NCBI GenBank assembly: GCA_013265495.1
Contig: MU061579.1
Coordinates: forward strand, 4,959,146-5,023,145
DNA length: 64,000 nt
Reading direction: 5' to 3'
Origin: Vicugna vicugna
Lineage: Eukaryota
The translations under genes and the position numbers were made by a program. The notes under the pieces are model-generated. The model was not told the origin of the DNA and made no database searches. It saw nothing but the letters and a program-made list of their open reading frames with translations. Each line of letters starts with the position of its first letter. Position 1 is the stretch's first letter. Below are positions 24,201 to 38,619 of the stretch, one piece after another.

Positions 24201-25221
24201 CTTAAGTAGTAATTCAGAAGATACACTTCCAAGGTTAGAGCCACAGAGTTCAAAAACTTTCAGGATGGGTAAGATAATTTTGTCTATACAATTGTTGGCC
24301 TGGTAGTTACAGTTCTGCCCTGTTCCACCAATCAGTATGCACCGGTGCGCTGTAATATTTTATTTAGAACTTCTACTTTAACCAGTGACAAATATTCTTT
24401 CTGTATTTCTTAGGAAGTAAGTTAGAAAATAATACCGATTATTTACAAATGTTATCACTGTCAAAGGCACATGGATTTATTTGGTTATGAATATTATTCA
24501 TTTATAAAATAAGTCTAGAAAATTTAAATGGTTATGCAGAAGACTTTAAAACTTAAACCTTCAGCAGAACATGAGTGTATCTGAATTAGCAAACTGGAGA
24601 TGGACAGTGAGACAACACAAGGCACAGATTTGCCAATATTACCTTACAACTGACCAATATATATAGTCCCCCTGTGATTCCACAATCATCCAGCAGTGTC
24701 CACTAAAGATTCAAAAGACTCAGAGCAGGCTCTGCTTTTACGTGGTTTACTCACTAGAGAGGGCTTGCCTCCAAATGAAGTTCATCACCTGTTTCAAAGC
24801 AGATCAAGATGGCCGAATTTCAGAGAGATGTCTTTCTGGCTTATCCACATGCTGGCTTCCTTCTTTCCGCCCATGTTCACTTCCATCTCCTCTTGGCGCT
24901 CTCTTCCCCCGTAATTATCATGTACTGGTTTCTGAACACTCCTACCTCCATTTTAATTTAATAATTTTCTCTTCGTGTTTTATATTTGAGATTCTTCTTC
25001 CAGGAGATAATAGCAATTGGAGTCCAGGTATTCATTCCAGCCCCCGGGAATTTTGGTTGATGCATCATTTTCCAAACATACTATTGAACTGTCTTTTTCT
25101 TTAATATTGCATGTGAACATCTTGCACACAATATATTATCTTCTTGCTGCACTGCATCTTTTTCTTGAAATTGGTAGTTTTTTAAGTAGTTGAAAGTCAG
25201 TGTGATCCATTCTGTTATTTT

Positions 25222-25535
25222 TTCAGCAAATATTTACACTGCTATTGTCTTGCTCTGTGGAAAAAGTATGATTTCCTTCCCTGTTAATAATGGATACATT
25301 GCTTGCTTTAGCTAAAAGAATGTGACAGATGTGATAAACCTCGTGCTCTAGCAGATGACTTACATGTGCTGGGGGAGTTGCCTTGGACACCCCCAGCCCT
25401 GTCATCCACCACAAAACATCCTGTGTGCCAGGATGACCTGTGGGAAACACTGCAACTGACCTACCGAGCCAGAAATAAAGGTTTGTTGTTGGAAGTGACT
25501 GAGTTATTAAAGTTGTTTTTAATATAGCACTAGTA
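25222..25535 (+). mobile_element. MLT1H/G-like LTR
   Basis: 'tgcttgctttagctaaaagaatgtgacagatgtga...ccagaaataaaggtttgttgttggaagtgactgag...atagcacta'. Confidence 0.65.
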
Positions 25536-27826
25536 TCATAAAGTATAAGAGGTTCAGACATCCTGGGTTTGATTCTCAGCAACGCTTATTATTGCCGTGT
25601 GAACATCAAGTGAATTAATGAAAAGCTCTTTGAACAAGAAACTTCTGGTGAAAAGAACTCATGTCAATGAGTGGGTATCAAGCACACCATGTGGGATATG
25701 GCTTTTTATTCTTGAATGTCATCTTTGCTTTTTTCCAGTGTAACACTAAGCTTTGCTTTCTATGCAGGCAGATAATTCATTATGTAAGCATTTTTATCTC
25801 TTCAGATACTGCCCTCCCTTCAAACATTATTCATGATCCAAACATTCTGAAGTACTTCTAGTTTACCATTTCTTTCCCATGTTTCTTTACTATGGAAATC
25901 CCAATCTTAATTTCTGATCATCCTCATCAAGCTACTTCTTCCTGACATTCATAATGCACCTGAAATAGCAACTCCTTGGGGGAGGATTTTGGGGCCTCTA
26001 CTTAAATAGATACCCTGCGCCAACAAATCATTTTTACATCATTTTTCTTTCTCTCTTAATTGGCCAATAACTCCTAGAGATGAGAAGTAATGGCATATTT
26101 CACTGCGTAGCTGCCACATTGTAAGTGCTCAATAAATATGGATATATGACTGCTGTTTCTCTGCTCTCTGATAATCTCTAATTTTTGTGTCTTTTGATTC
26201 TAGACAGATTTTTCCATTTATGAAGCTGAAGTAGATGCTTATGTGTCCGACTGAGCTATCATATGTAACATATTTTTATTTAATTTCATGAAAGTATTTC
26301 AGGCAAAAAAAAAAAATCCAACAAACTAAAATACTGGGCTAGGGGAATTAAAGAAATATGATGATATACTCATATGGAGAAATAGGTTGATTCATTTACA
26401 GACTGAATATTATAATTATTGTTAAATCCCTGGAAGTCACAGAATAAATGGAAACAAGATATGGGTCTAATTAGAGAATGAAAGGAAAAAAATTATATAC
26501 TTATAAAAAGAACAATTTTTTTGATGGTAGTTTCAAACAAGTTTTCATACTGCATATAGAACTAAAACATAGGTATAATTCTCAGAAGAGATTGTGAGAA
26601 AATAATAATAGGTTTTATTTGGTCTTTTCTTACTTAAGTCCTTAACAAAAGCCAAAAATATGATATAAAGATTAACTGTAGTTCTCACTTCCACTGTCTA
26701 TGATTTCTAGAGACTAGGGTTTATGCTTTTTTCATTTTAGTTTCCCTCAAGCCAGGTATTGTCCCACATCATATAAGAAACAAATTTAACTAAAACCCTT
26801 CGGCCCTTTTACTCTTTTGTTAATAGTTAAGTGAATACGATTTAGCTATAAAATTTCATGATTTACACATATTGGTAAAATTTATATAAAACATGTTATA
26901 TATGTTACATAATACATTATACTACAATATATACTTAAAAAATCTCACATATATAGTTACGTTTTCCCTTTTATAATTTTTTCCATTTTATCTTTTATTG
27001 CTCTGGAGTGAAGATATTTCAAGTTTTTACATTTTTTATTAAAGAGTTCCCCTATATTTTAAACAACAGGAATGCACATCACAAACTTGAGATTATACAA
27101 TTAAAGTAATAATAAATTTTTCATTTCATTCATTGCATTCAATTTTTCATTAAGAAACCCACATTTTCTATAAGTTTTGGCAGAAATTTATTGCTAGTCC
27201 AAATTTCAAAATTTTTGTAATAATTAGGTAAATTGCTGTTAAAGTATATAAGGAATATTTTAAATGCTATCATATGGAATTTTTAAATTAATGAGATTAA
27301 CACTCACAGTATTAAAGTGATATAAATGAAATTCCATATTAAAAGTTAGAAAATTTAAATTTTGAGTCATTTGCCAGGGGCTATAGAAAACATTTTTCTG
27401 GCATTAACCATGATCAGTGTGTTTAACACATCCTAACCACTCTCAAGAATTTATTGTCAAATAACCTGATAAGCAAATTATCACAGCATTTGAACAGGAT
27501 GTAATGCTCTTTCTAGGTCTCTCAGAAAATAAGTCCAGGGATAGTTCATAAGGAAAGTAAGTCATTTAAAGGTTTTTGCAATTGTTATCTTTCATGTCAC
27601 ATTAAAGAGAAAGTACTTAAAAAGTACTTACTATTTAGCATGTTTTGGAATGCTCTAAGACTAGGGGAAGTGTAAAAGTTTTTCAAGTTTATACATTAAT
27701 AATGTCCTTATAAAATTATCATTCATTTAATATAGCTGTTCATTTACCTTTGTCAGAGAGGAAATAAAACTTTCCACTACCCTTCCAGGTTCTTCTGGTT
27801 AGTGTAAAAATTAAACTGACATGACA

Positions 27827-29662
27827 CTATATACAGTTAACATAATATTCTATATAAAAAACCCTAAAGGCTCTACACAAAACCTACTCAAACTGATAAA
27901 TGAATTTAGCAAAGCAGCAGGACACAAGATTAATACACAGAACTGTGTTGCATTTCTTTACACTAACAATGAAATACCAGAAAGATAAAGTAAAAAAAAC
28001 AAATCACATTTAAAATCCACCAAAAAAAAAAAATACCTAGGAATAAACCTAACCTAGGAGGTGAAAGACTTATACACAGAGGGCTACAAAACATTGATAA
28101 AGGAACTTGAAGATAATTCAAGGAAATGGAAAGCAATCTCATGCTCTTGGATTGAAATAATTAATATTGTTAAAATGGCCACAATACCCAAAGCAATTTA
28201 GATTTGATGAGGTCCTTACCAAATTACCCAGAACATTTTTCACAGAACTAGAACAAATAATCCTAAAATTTATATGGAACCACAAAAGACTGAGAATTTC
28301 CAAAGCAATCCCAAGGAAAAAGAACAAAGCTGGAGGCATAACCCTTTCAGACGTCAGACAATACTGTAAAGCTACAGTAATCAAAACAGCATGACATTGG
28401 CACAAAAACAGACATACAGATCAATGGAACCGAATAGATAGCCCAGAAATAAACCCATACATCTACTGTAAATTAATCTTTGACAAAAGAGGCAAGAATA
28501 TACAATGAAGAAAAGACAGTCTCTTCACCAAGTAGTGTTAAGAAAGCTGGACAGCTGCATGTAAATCAGTGAAGAACACTTCCTCACACAAAATACAAAA
28601 AGAAACTCAAAATAGTGTAAAGACTTAAATGTAAGATATGACACCATAAAACTCCTAGAAGAGAATATATGCAAAACATTCTCTGACATAAATTGTAGCA
28701 ATACTTTCTTAAATCAGTCTCCAAGGCAATAGAAATAAAAGCCAAAATAAACAAATGGGACCTAATCAAGCATATAAGTTTATGCACAGCAAAGGAAACC
28801 ATAAACAAAACAAAAAGACAACCTATAGATTGGCATAAAATATTTGCAAATAATGCAGCTGACAAGAACTTAATTTCCAAAATATACAAATAGCTCATAC
28901 AACTCAATATCAATAATAATAATAATAATAATAATAACCTCAAGCAAAAAAATGGGTAGAAAACCTAAATAGACATTTCTTCAAAGAAGACATCCAGATG
29001 CCAATAGGCATATGAAAAGATGCTCAACGTTGCTAATTATTAGAGAAATGCAAATCAAAACCAGTGAGGTATCACTTCATACTGATCAGAATGGCCATCA
29101 TCAAAAAATCCACAAATAAAATATGCTGAAGAGGGTATGGGGAAAGAGAACCCTGTTACACTGTTGGGGAGAATGTAAATAGACAGCCACTATGGAAAAG
29201 AGGATGGAAGTTAAAAAACTAAAAATAAGAGCTACCATATGATCCAGCAATCTCACTCCTGGGCATATATCCAGAAAAGATGAAAACTCTAATTGGAAAA
29301 GATACAGGCACTCCAGATGTTCATAGCAGCACTATTTACAATAGCCAGGAAATGGAAGCAATCCAAGTATCCATCAACAGATGAACAGATAAAGAAAATG
29401 TGGTATATGTATGCAATGGAATATTACTCAGCCATAAAAAATACTGAAGTATTGCCATCTGCAGCAACATGAATGGACCTAGAGATTATCATACCAAGGG
29501 AGGTCAGTCAGACAAAGACAAATATTACATGGTATCACTTATATGTAGAATCTAAAAAAAGAAAAATATGTGTATATAAAACATCAAATCACCTTTCTGT
29601 ACACCTGAAATTAACACAATATTGTAAATCAACTATACTTCAACAACAAAAAATTAAAAATA
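27827..29662 (+). mobile_element. 5'-truncated L1 (ORF2 RT to 3' end), degenerate
   Basis: Translatable pieces such as [54 protein letters not shown] (ORF 28167-28394); many stops and frameshifts; ends 'aatcaactatacttcaa'. Confidence 0.95.
28912..28936. repeat. (AAT)n within L1
   Basis: About 8 AAT units. Confidence 0.9.
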
Positions 29663-31060
29663 CAAGTACCTTATTGCTAAAAAATGCTAACCATAAAATA
29701 AAGGATTAAATTGACATAATACAGAGTAACAGAAAAAAATCAAAATTAATTTTATATGTACAAGAAGCCCACATACATGGGACACCAGAAACCCCATATA
29801 CATGAGAGATTCAAAAATACAAAAGTAAAATGAGGTATATATGCCATCCTGAACTAAAGAATTGGGTAGGGGACTGGGGCTTCCAAGGACAAAAGAGTCA
29901 TTCACAGGATGATTGGAAGAAGAGCAAATGTTTGATAATTACATATATGCCTTACCATATAGATGGAGCCACCTAGGTAAAATTTATCTGTGGTAACAAC
30001 TCTTTTTCTGGGAAAAATGCTCAATTTAAATTCTTCTAGGTAGTTAAGGGAGTTGGCAGCTGTTTCTCTTGAGCCGCCAGGGTCTCCATTGCCTTCAGCT
30101 CAAAATATTCCATATGTCAAAGCAACACATCCTGGGGAGACCTGCTGTGAACCCCTATACCTCCCATGGTTGTGCAGGTCTGATCATCAAAATGAGGAGC
30201 ATAGCGTGTCTTTAGGGTCAGGCTGTTTTCTACTGCTCCAGTAAGTCAGTGGAGGGCATGTAACTGATGAGAAAGCCAGCTGTAGAGACTTGACATGAGA
30301 GCAGACAAGCCAAGTGTCTGTGATTCAAGGGGAAATTGGTTGAGGGCTAAGAAACTCATTAGGAATTCATGGATACGTTGACTAGTCAAATTCCTCAAAT
30401 CGTGTGTATATATATATACAAATTACAATAAAAGAAGTTATAATAAAATACTGCCATATTTGAAAGTCTGGAAGTAAAATTATGAAACTAGAGAACAGAG
30501 GTCTTTGTTTGAAATCAATTATCACCTAAACAGTCGACGATTCTAATATAAGGGGAATGAATTAGCAGAATCTACATGTTAAGATAATTCTTCTGAAGCT
30601 CTATATTTATATTTAGCAAACATATTTGATCACTCAACTGATCATTTATTCACTGAATGCTGATATTTTGTATCTGATAAAAACAGGTATCAAATATAAA
30701 TCAAACATAGTCTCACGCATAAAACCCAGTCAGGATAGAAATATTATCCAGCAACAAAATCAACTATATTGCAAAGTTAAAAGGGATACATCAAACAATA
30801 CATTTATTCAAACCTACTATGGGGGTTTAGGAGGAATAGATATATTTAATTCTATGGAAGTCAGTTATCAACGGAATTCCAGTAACATGTCTGTGCATTC
30901 AGTCTTACTTCACAGATTAAGACAATAGGATTTACAATCTACGAATGTTGTTCTGGAAACAGATTGGAAGACCTATATATAGAGCAAGCATGAGTTTCTG
31001 TTGATGTGACTGATGGAGACATTCTTTTTAGGCATGGGCAAAACTTAGCTAATAATTGCC

Positions 31061-32731
31061 TGTTGTGGAATGAATCACGTCCTTCCAAAATTCATGTGTT
31101 GAAGCCCCAGTGCTCAATGAGACCATATCTTTAAAGAGATAATTAAAGTCAAAGTTTTAAGGGTTGGGTCCTAATCCAACAGGACTGGAGTTCTTATAAA
31201 AAGAGGAGGCTACTAGACAGCTCTCGCGATCACCTTCAGCTTAGCCTGTCCACCCAAGGATGGCAAAATGCAGCAAGGGTCCCAGGAGAGGAGGCCAGGA
31301 TCCCTTGCCTGAGTCTAGACCTCTCTTCTCCCCTGCCCCCTGCCCTCTCCCCCATCTTCCATATGATTCCCGCCAGAGTCAGTGTTTCTAATCTGAGGAT
31401 GGCTCTGCAGAGCAGTCTCTGCAAAGGGTCTTGGTCATTTGGAAGGAGGCACAGTGTCCCCTCTGGCCAGAGGTGTCAGAAAAAGGAAGACTGAGGTCTT
31501 CTTGTTTTGTTTTTAATGTATTTGCTTGTTTACTGTAAATAATAGAAAGCCTTAATATCTTTTCTGCAACACTGAATAATATTTTAATGTAATTTTGTTG
31601 CTATTATTGTTTTTTGAGTTTGAGACCGAGTAGACACCTTTTAGATAAATACATTTTTGAGAAATGTTCCACAGGAGAAGTTTAGAACTTCAGTAGTTTT
31701 TTTGTTTGTGTGTGTCAGAGGAGCATCAGAAAGTTTTTCTTTGCAAGACTTACTCTTAAAAGCTCAGAATCCTTGTTTTCCCTCTGGCCTTTTAAACATA
31801 ATAAGGATACGAGGATCCTCATGGAAAGGAGCATTCTCCTTGTCAAGGCTCCCTGACGATTTGCCCTGGACTGGGATTGCTCAGTTGAGGAATATTCAGG
31901 AAGGTTCTGAAGACCTCAGTGCTCCAGCACAGTGGGTAAAGGATGAGGTGTCTTTGGGAAGCTGATTTAGAAGCTTAGAAGTGTCCTCCTCAGAGTGTTA
32001 CCCAAAAGGGAAATGGAAAAGACCCCGATTCTTGTCCTACCCGAAAAATAAGATTTACAGATGGGAGACAGAGAGTGCTGTGTAGCAAAATGATTTTAAA
32101 AGATCTGTTTAGGAAAAAACAGCACACCCCAAGAGTGGGAGGCTGATTCAAGGAGGAATCGTGGTGTTGTCTCCCCTTCTTCTTATCAGTCATTTTGATT
32201 GATTGATGGTTCTTGTCCCTGGAGCGCTTAGTCATGTTTAATCTCTTTAAGCATGTCCTTACTCATGGTGACAGAGAGAAACCCATGGCAGGGGAGGTGT
32301 GCCTAAACCACAATGTTAATCATAATACACGGTTAAATCCTTTCTGCTACTGCGCAGTCATTGAGTCTTAACCGATTTCTTGCTGGCACTCATTTAGAAG
32401 AAGTAAAGCTCGTTTACACTGAAGGCAGGCATAACGCCATCTTCCGGACCATCTTCCCTCTCCTCCACCTAACTGCCTGGTGCCCTGACTTTAACTACCT
32501 AACAAAAGCAGCTCCGTCTTCCCTCCCAGGGGTGCACAGGCACTGGAGAAAGGCCATGAAAGGACAGAGTCAGAAGGCAGCCATCTGCAAGCCAAGGACA
32601 GAGACCCCAGAAGAAACCAAACCTCCCCACACCTTATCTTGCCCCTCCAGTCTCCAAAATCTCGAGACCATGAATTCATATCGTTCAAGCCACCTAATCT
32701 TTTGCTATGACAGTGCTGACAGACAAATACA
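31061..32731 (+). mobile_element. MLT1A/B LTR in two halves (31061-31223 and 32509-32731) around a 1.3-kb insert
   Basis: 5' half 'tgttgtggaatgaatc...aaattcatgtgttgaagccc...cctaatccaacaggactggagttcttataaaaagagg'; 3' half 'gaaggcagccatctgcaagccaagg...agaagaaaccaaacc...ttcaagccacc...gacaaataca'. Confidence 0.85.
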
Positions 32732-35479
32732 CTGCTCTAATATTTCTGTGCCATTTAAATAAATAACAAGAAGAAACTGTAGTGAAACAAGAGTAAAAGA
32801 ATAAAATGATGTGAAGATAATTTACTAAAAAGAATAAAGCTAAACAAATGTAACCAAGATTTTTCAACCAAATTTCTTAGAACCACACTTTGAATAGTTT
32901 AATAAATTTAAACAGCTAAAATTTGTTAAATAAAGTTTTGGCATCTATCAGAAGAGATCTGAGGCTTATTCCAGTGAGAACGGATGAAGTAAACATGCAA
33001 GATACTCAAACGCAAGGTCTCCATTTTGTGAAGTTAGAGTTAAGAGCTAACAGAACTACTCAGCTTGCACCTCTGGGCACTTTTTAACTTGTAGAGACTG
33101 AACAACAATCTGTTTCTATGCATGCACAGCTGTTCACTCCTGTGAAGTCCAAAGCATTCCTATTAAATAAGATTCCACTTCAACTCCATTTTTTTTCAAA
33201 ACGTAAATATAATGAATATGCCAGAGTTATTAACTTTCAATGAATCGATTTAATATATATCAGTATAGATATGCTGATCAATTACTTCACATTATTTACA
33301 ATCATTCCATGTCTAGTGATTTATTAAATGCAATATTCTTACTTCATAGGATGAGGTAAAGAAGCAGAAAGCCATTCAAAGATGAAACTGCCCTTATGCA
33401 CATATATCTGGGCCTGGATGCCTAGGTGAGGTTGTGTGACTCTACAGACAATAACAGGCAATTGTATTAAGATTTGTTGGGAAGATTGGCAACTCAACTG
33501 TTTTTATAGCCGTAAGAAAAAACCGTAATGGTATGAAGGTTTATTCCATTCTTCTTAGACAATAAATCCATAAAATTAAGGTTAAGTTAGAGTTATACTG
33601 AAAGTCTGGATTTCAGTCTAAATTATTTATGAAGAGAGAGAGAGAGAGAGAAGAAAAATGGCTAGATTAAAAATATTAATTTATCTTATGGGTACTAAAC
33701 CAAAGCCCAAGTGGGGAAAATTCTTTTAACGTTAAAATTATTTTGATGGACTTTTTCTCAGCATCTTAAGTACTAGCAGCAACAATATTAATTTTTTAAA
33801 AATATGCTTTATATATCTCTGGGCATTAAAAGTTCCCTTTTATCCCTCCTCCGAAGGAAAGCTGATTAACGATTGTTTTTCTCTATTGTTATAATCGCTT
33901 ATATTCATGTTTGTAAATCTTTGAGATTTAATATGCTCTATATTAAATTTACCAGTGAGTGTGTTTTAAATTTCTTGTCTTATTTAGAGACTTCTCAGAA
34001 GAGTCTTCTGCTGTCAATACATTAAGTCTAGAGAAGTGTTTGCTTCCCTCAACAATGAAAATTCAGCACCATCCACAACTAGAAAAACTAGTTATTGACT
34101 GTCTGCCTGATCTAATGGGAACTGAGTCTAACAGCCTCACTACACCTTATAAGAAGTTAATGAGAAAAGAGACTAATCATGCCACATTTGAATATCAGCA
34201 CAACATGACTTCACATAATTTGCCATAGATACATCTTCTCTGGTCTATGTGATCATTAGTTGTCAAAATTAGGGTTGCTTTAGCAAAAGTTATTTTATTT
34301 TTTCCCTAATTATATTTCAGGAATCAAAAAACAGACTCAAAATTGATTAAATAGCTAGAATATGGACCAAATGCCAAAGGTTGAAATGAGTTAAAATTAA
34401 GTAATCTGAATTTAAAGCAAAGACGACTTTAGGGAAAACTAAAAGACCCTGAATATGTAAGGTTTCCTGTGAGGTTTAAAAGTTGATGTTATTCGTTATT
34501 CACCTCTAATTAGTATTTAAAATTTAACTTCAGCTGTCATAAAGGTTAAATTAGATATGATTATGAAGTTTTTATCACAAATAGGTAGAAATTAGGGTGA
34601 GTCATTCATCCTTGTATTTGACTCTCTCAGCCCAATTGGGGAAATTAAATTAGAACATTTTGAAGGCTTCAAAGCCTTACTGAGATTGTTTATGAGAAGA
34701 GAGTTGTAAAACTCCTACGTAAGATATTTCTTTGACAGTAAGAATAGTAATTTTTTCTATGTTGGTTTAAAATGTCCGTTAACCTAAAATGCATGCATGC
34801 TGCATTATTTATGTAGATCTCAATAAGCCTGAAATTTGTGAATGAGGTCATGTACCTTCTGAACATTTTTCACATCGCCTGCATCAATAATTTATCAATA
34901 AATGCTCTTCTTTAAGCATCACACTATATTTGAGACCTATTTCCTTGGTCCATGCAGCTCCTCCACTTGTAAAAATTAGACAAGACTACACATTATTCAA
35001 ATGGGGGTAGGTTTCACCAAAGTCCCATCTCGGGACTTTCCTGATTGTGTTTTCCTAATTCTGTTAATTTCTTTTCCTTCTTTGTTCTACTTTATCTTAT
35101 ACCATTCTGCCCTGCTGTTTTGCCTTCTTATTTCAGTATTTTTATTATTCTTCCATGATGATCTTCAAAATACATGCCATCAAATTCTAATTTTCCATTA
35201 TAAATACAACATTATTTAAGGTTTTACTACCCTGCATACAATCTGAAATATTATGTATGCTTGCATCACTTGTTTAAAGGAACATTTATATGATATTTCA
35301 GCTAACTCCAAATTGTATATGAATTCTCTCTCCAAAAATTAAATAAATAAAAAAAAAACTCAATAGCTCTCATTCCATAGGATATGGATTAGTCTCTTAG
35401 CAGAGCAAAAGAATTCATAATTAGGAGCAGAAAGCACTGGGAGAACACAGAAGGCTCAAGAATTTAGATCAAAGAGCAG

Positions 35480-35720
35480 ATATAATAAGAGCTAACACTA
35501 ATTTAGTGATTAATATGTGCTAAGTATAAAATTAGGCACTTCACTGGTATCATTGCATTTATTCTCATACTAAACTTATGAGGTCACCACCAATAATACC
35601 CCCAAGTACACATAAAGAAACTAAAAATAAACAACTTTACAAAGATCACACAGTTAGGAATTAATAAATTTGGGATTTTAATTTAGTAATGCTTCAAAAG
35701 CCCATACCAACATCTTAACA
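35480..35720 (-). mobile_element. MIR
   Basis: 'taataagagctaacactaatttagtgattaatatgtgctaag...tttattctcatactaaacttatgaggt...aagatcacacagttagg'. Confidence 0.75.
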
Positions 35721-36596
35721 TATCATATTTATTCCTAAACATTTTTTAGCAGCTCTTTAGGTATGTTTCTGTCTAAAATAATAAAAATAAAAATAGATAA
35801 CATCTGTTGATCTTTTCACGTACTAAGAACTCTAGGCTAATTCCCTGCTAAGAACTACATGAGGTCCCGTGCACTGTGAGCTATGTGACCAAGGCAGACA
35901 AGTACCACCCAGGGAAGAGAGCAGGTTGTGATTTGAGGTCACTGAGAAGAGACAACACACACACCAGGTGTAAGTAGTACAGTGTTTACTTACAGCAAGA
36001 GAGGAAAGAGAATGTCCAAGATCCAGCCTCTTGCAACGCGACAGTCTCCCAAGGCCAGCATATCCACCCCACAGATGCCGACGTGGCTGGACACACCACA
36101 TGTCGTGCTGTAGAAGAAGGACTTCCACCCTGAAATACAGAAAATTGGGGGCATGCCTGAAGGTTACTGACACAGGTACGCAAGCAGGACAAGCCCAGAA
36201 CTGGGAGACAGACGCTGAGCACACGACTGCCTTTCCCAACAAATAGAACATTATGTGCTACTATTCTACACTATAAGTTATATTATATTATATAGATTAC
36301 AATTATATGATATGATGTGATACAATGATATTAGTTACCTACTTTCTTGGAGAAAAATTAGGTCATATACTCCAAGATTTGTGTGTGTGTGTGTGTGGAA
36401 CCCTTTCTTTGAAAATGTATGTATGCTAAGTCTAAACTTTTAGAAGTTCCTCTTTCTATCTCAGGTGCAGATCATTGTTTTCATTATCTGTAGATCTTTA
36501 AAGAAAGATGGAATCCAGGTACACAGAATCAAATTTTTTTTTGACACCAACCATTTTATGGAGTTACGCTTCTTCATTGAAATATGTAAGAAACAA

Positions 36597-36776
36597 CTGG
36601 GTTTCAATATCAAGAATGGTGGACAGAATAAAGACCTCTGAAAATCTGATCCTCCAGAACATCAAAAAGAGCACTGGAAAAAGCTGTCATATTCAACTTT
36701 TTCAGGATTTTGGAAATTAACTATCAGCTTGCAACAAGGAAGGATCGTTTATTCAAGAAAAATGGCTGAATCCTGG
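36597..36776 (+). mobile_element. Old L1 (L1MC/MD-type) 5' end fragment
   Basis: 'gcactggaaaaagctgtcatattcaactttttcaggattttggaaattaac...tttattcaagaaaaatggctgaatc'. Confidence 0.65.
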
Positions 36777-38619
36777 TGCCCTCCACTACATTTAGCTACT
36801 TGACAATAATCACCAGTCTTATTTGCTTTTGTATCTTGCTTTCTGTAACACGTGCCTGTCACATGTTCTGCAGATGTTTCCAGAGTGATGAAGGCTCATC
36901 CAAGCCTTTTACAGAAAGCCTTCTCCCAGCCCTGCAAGCTGGAGGCGGCTTCCTCCAGTATCTGTAGGAGAAACCCGACTCCTGTGAACATCCACGGAAA
37001 GGAGAGCTCTGTGTGGCCATGCCTGCAGCCCTCCTCCTGTGGCTCTATCATTCTGTCCTGAAACTGTCATTCGCCCTGTTCTCCACTGCCATTAGCAATC
37101 TAACTATAAAATAAATCTGGCCATGTCACTGTCTTTCCTCAAAACAAAACAAAGGAACACTCTTCTGGTTAGTCTGTTTTCTGGCACTAACAATCCAAAG
37201 ATGGCAAGAGAGGTGAAGTGGGGGCGCCTACACATGCAACTCTTCACGTCTCTTTTGGAAAGCAATTTGTCAGTAGCATGTTGACTCAGTCATATCACTC
37301 ATGGGTGTCTATTTTAAAGAATAAACATTCACGGAAAATAACAACCACCACCACAACAGAAGAGGCCGTAGGTGAAATACGCAACAGCAACTTCATTCTC
37401 ATAGCCAGCAGCCTCTTGGGATTTGGGGGTTGGTATATTATATACTACTCTGGTAAAGGACAGAGGACATCTGTTGATTAACTTCTCTCTTATTAAACTG
37501 GTAGTTTATCTTTATGAAGTCTTTGTGAAAGGTTTGATAATAAAAAAATTCTCAGGAATTTAATGGAAAATATGACAGCCAGAATAAGCAGAATTATCAG
37601 TTTTGTGTAGGAAAAAAAAAGAGCTAATGGTATTTTGTATTACTGAATGCTTAAAGATATAATAGAAATTTCTTCTGGGAATATTACTTGCTTTGCTTCT
37701 TATTTGCTGATGGTGAAAGTGTCCTTGCCTCCTTTCGCCTGGCTTGTTTGTGATAATTACTACTGTTCAGTTGAATTTCACATCACGCTTACACGCAAAC
37801 CATCTCTAAGCTTTTGGGTTTCTCTTCGAATCACTTTTAGAGGCTTGATGTAAATAACGACATTTATAGTAAATTTTCTGTGTCAAGATAGATTTCGTCT
37901 TGCATCTCTTATATGCCTCTTCCATTTTCCTGAAAATATCATACATATCATAATATTTAATAACATCTTAAGACTACTTTGTTTACATTGCAAAAAAAGC
38001 CCTCTCAGTTTGACATTTTAATGCAATTTTCTATATACTCGATCTGATGAAAAGCCCATGTGCCAAGCAAAACAATACACATGTATTTACATGTGACTGG
38101 GCTAAGTCAAGACATGCTAAAACTTGGATGAGTTTATCTTGTGAGGTATCTTGAAATACTAAGTTTAAGCTAAGTAATATTACCACATGGAACGGCCCAT
38201 TGATGTCCAGCGTTTCAAAGTAAAACTTTTCAATTTCTACACACATCATCATATTAAAAAATGTAAAAATCAATACTCAAAAACACCTCAGAGTGTTTTA
38301 AGTAATAATACTTAAAATACATGCATACCATGATTTTTCACCTCTAGGCCTTTTCAGAGGCTCTTCTATCTATTGGAATGCTCCAAATTTTCTGTTTCCC
38401 TCGCAAAAATCCTTCTATGTTTTAGGCCAGGTCAAAAGCTTCCTGTATAGAATTCTTTCCCTAATCCACAGAATAAACCATTAATTCATCTGTACAAACT
38501 TTCTCATGATTACTACATAGTACTGAGATTTTTTTTCCCTAAAAACTTGTCACTCACTTTATTATCCCACTCATTATACTGTAATTGTTTTTTGGGACTT
38601 CCTGTGACCAAGGCTGGCC

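Larger units (their letters stand above)
27751..30159 (-). mobile_element. ERV1-class (MER34/MER39-like) solo LTR interrupted by L1
   Basis: Starts tgtcagagagg, resumes ~29680, ends 'tgccttcagctcaaaatattccatatgtcaaagc...tggggagacctgctgtgaacccctata'; flanks cctt/cctc fit a 4-bp TSD. Confidence 0.6.

Noticed and set aside
28139..28943. ORFs with L1 ORF2-like or antisense-L1 peptides
   Set aside because: Fragments of a dead L1, not host genes
32361..32762. 133-aa ORF
   Set aside because: Starts at a non-ATG codon and runs from the insert into the MLT1 LTR
35832..36251. 139-aa minus-strand ORF in the CpG-richer patch
   Set aside because: No recognisable domain or splice context; length is plausible by chance at higher GC
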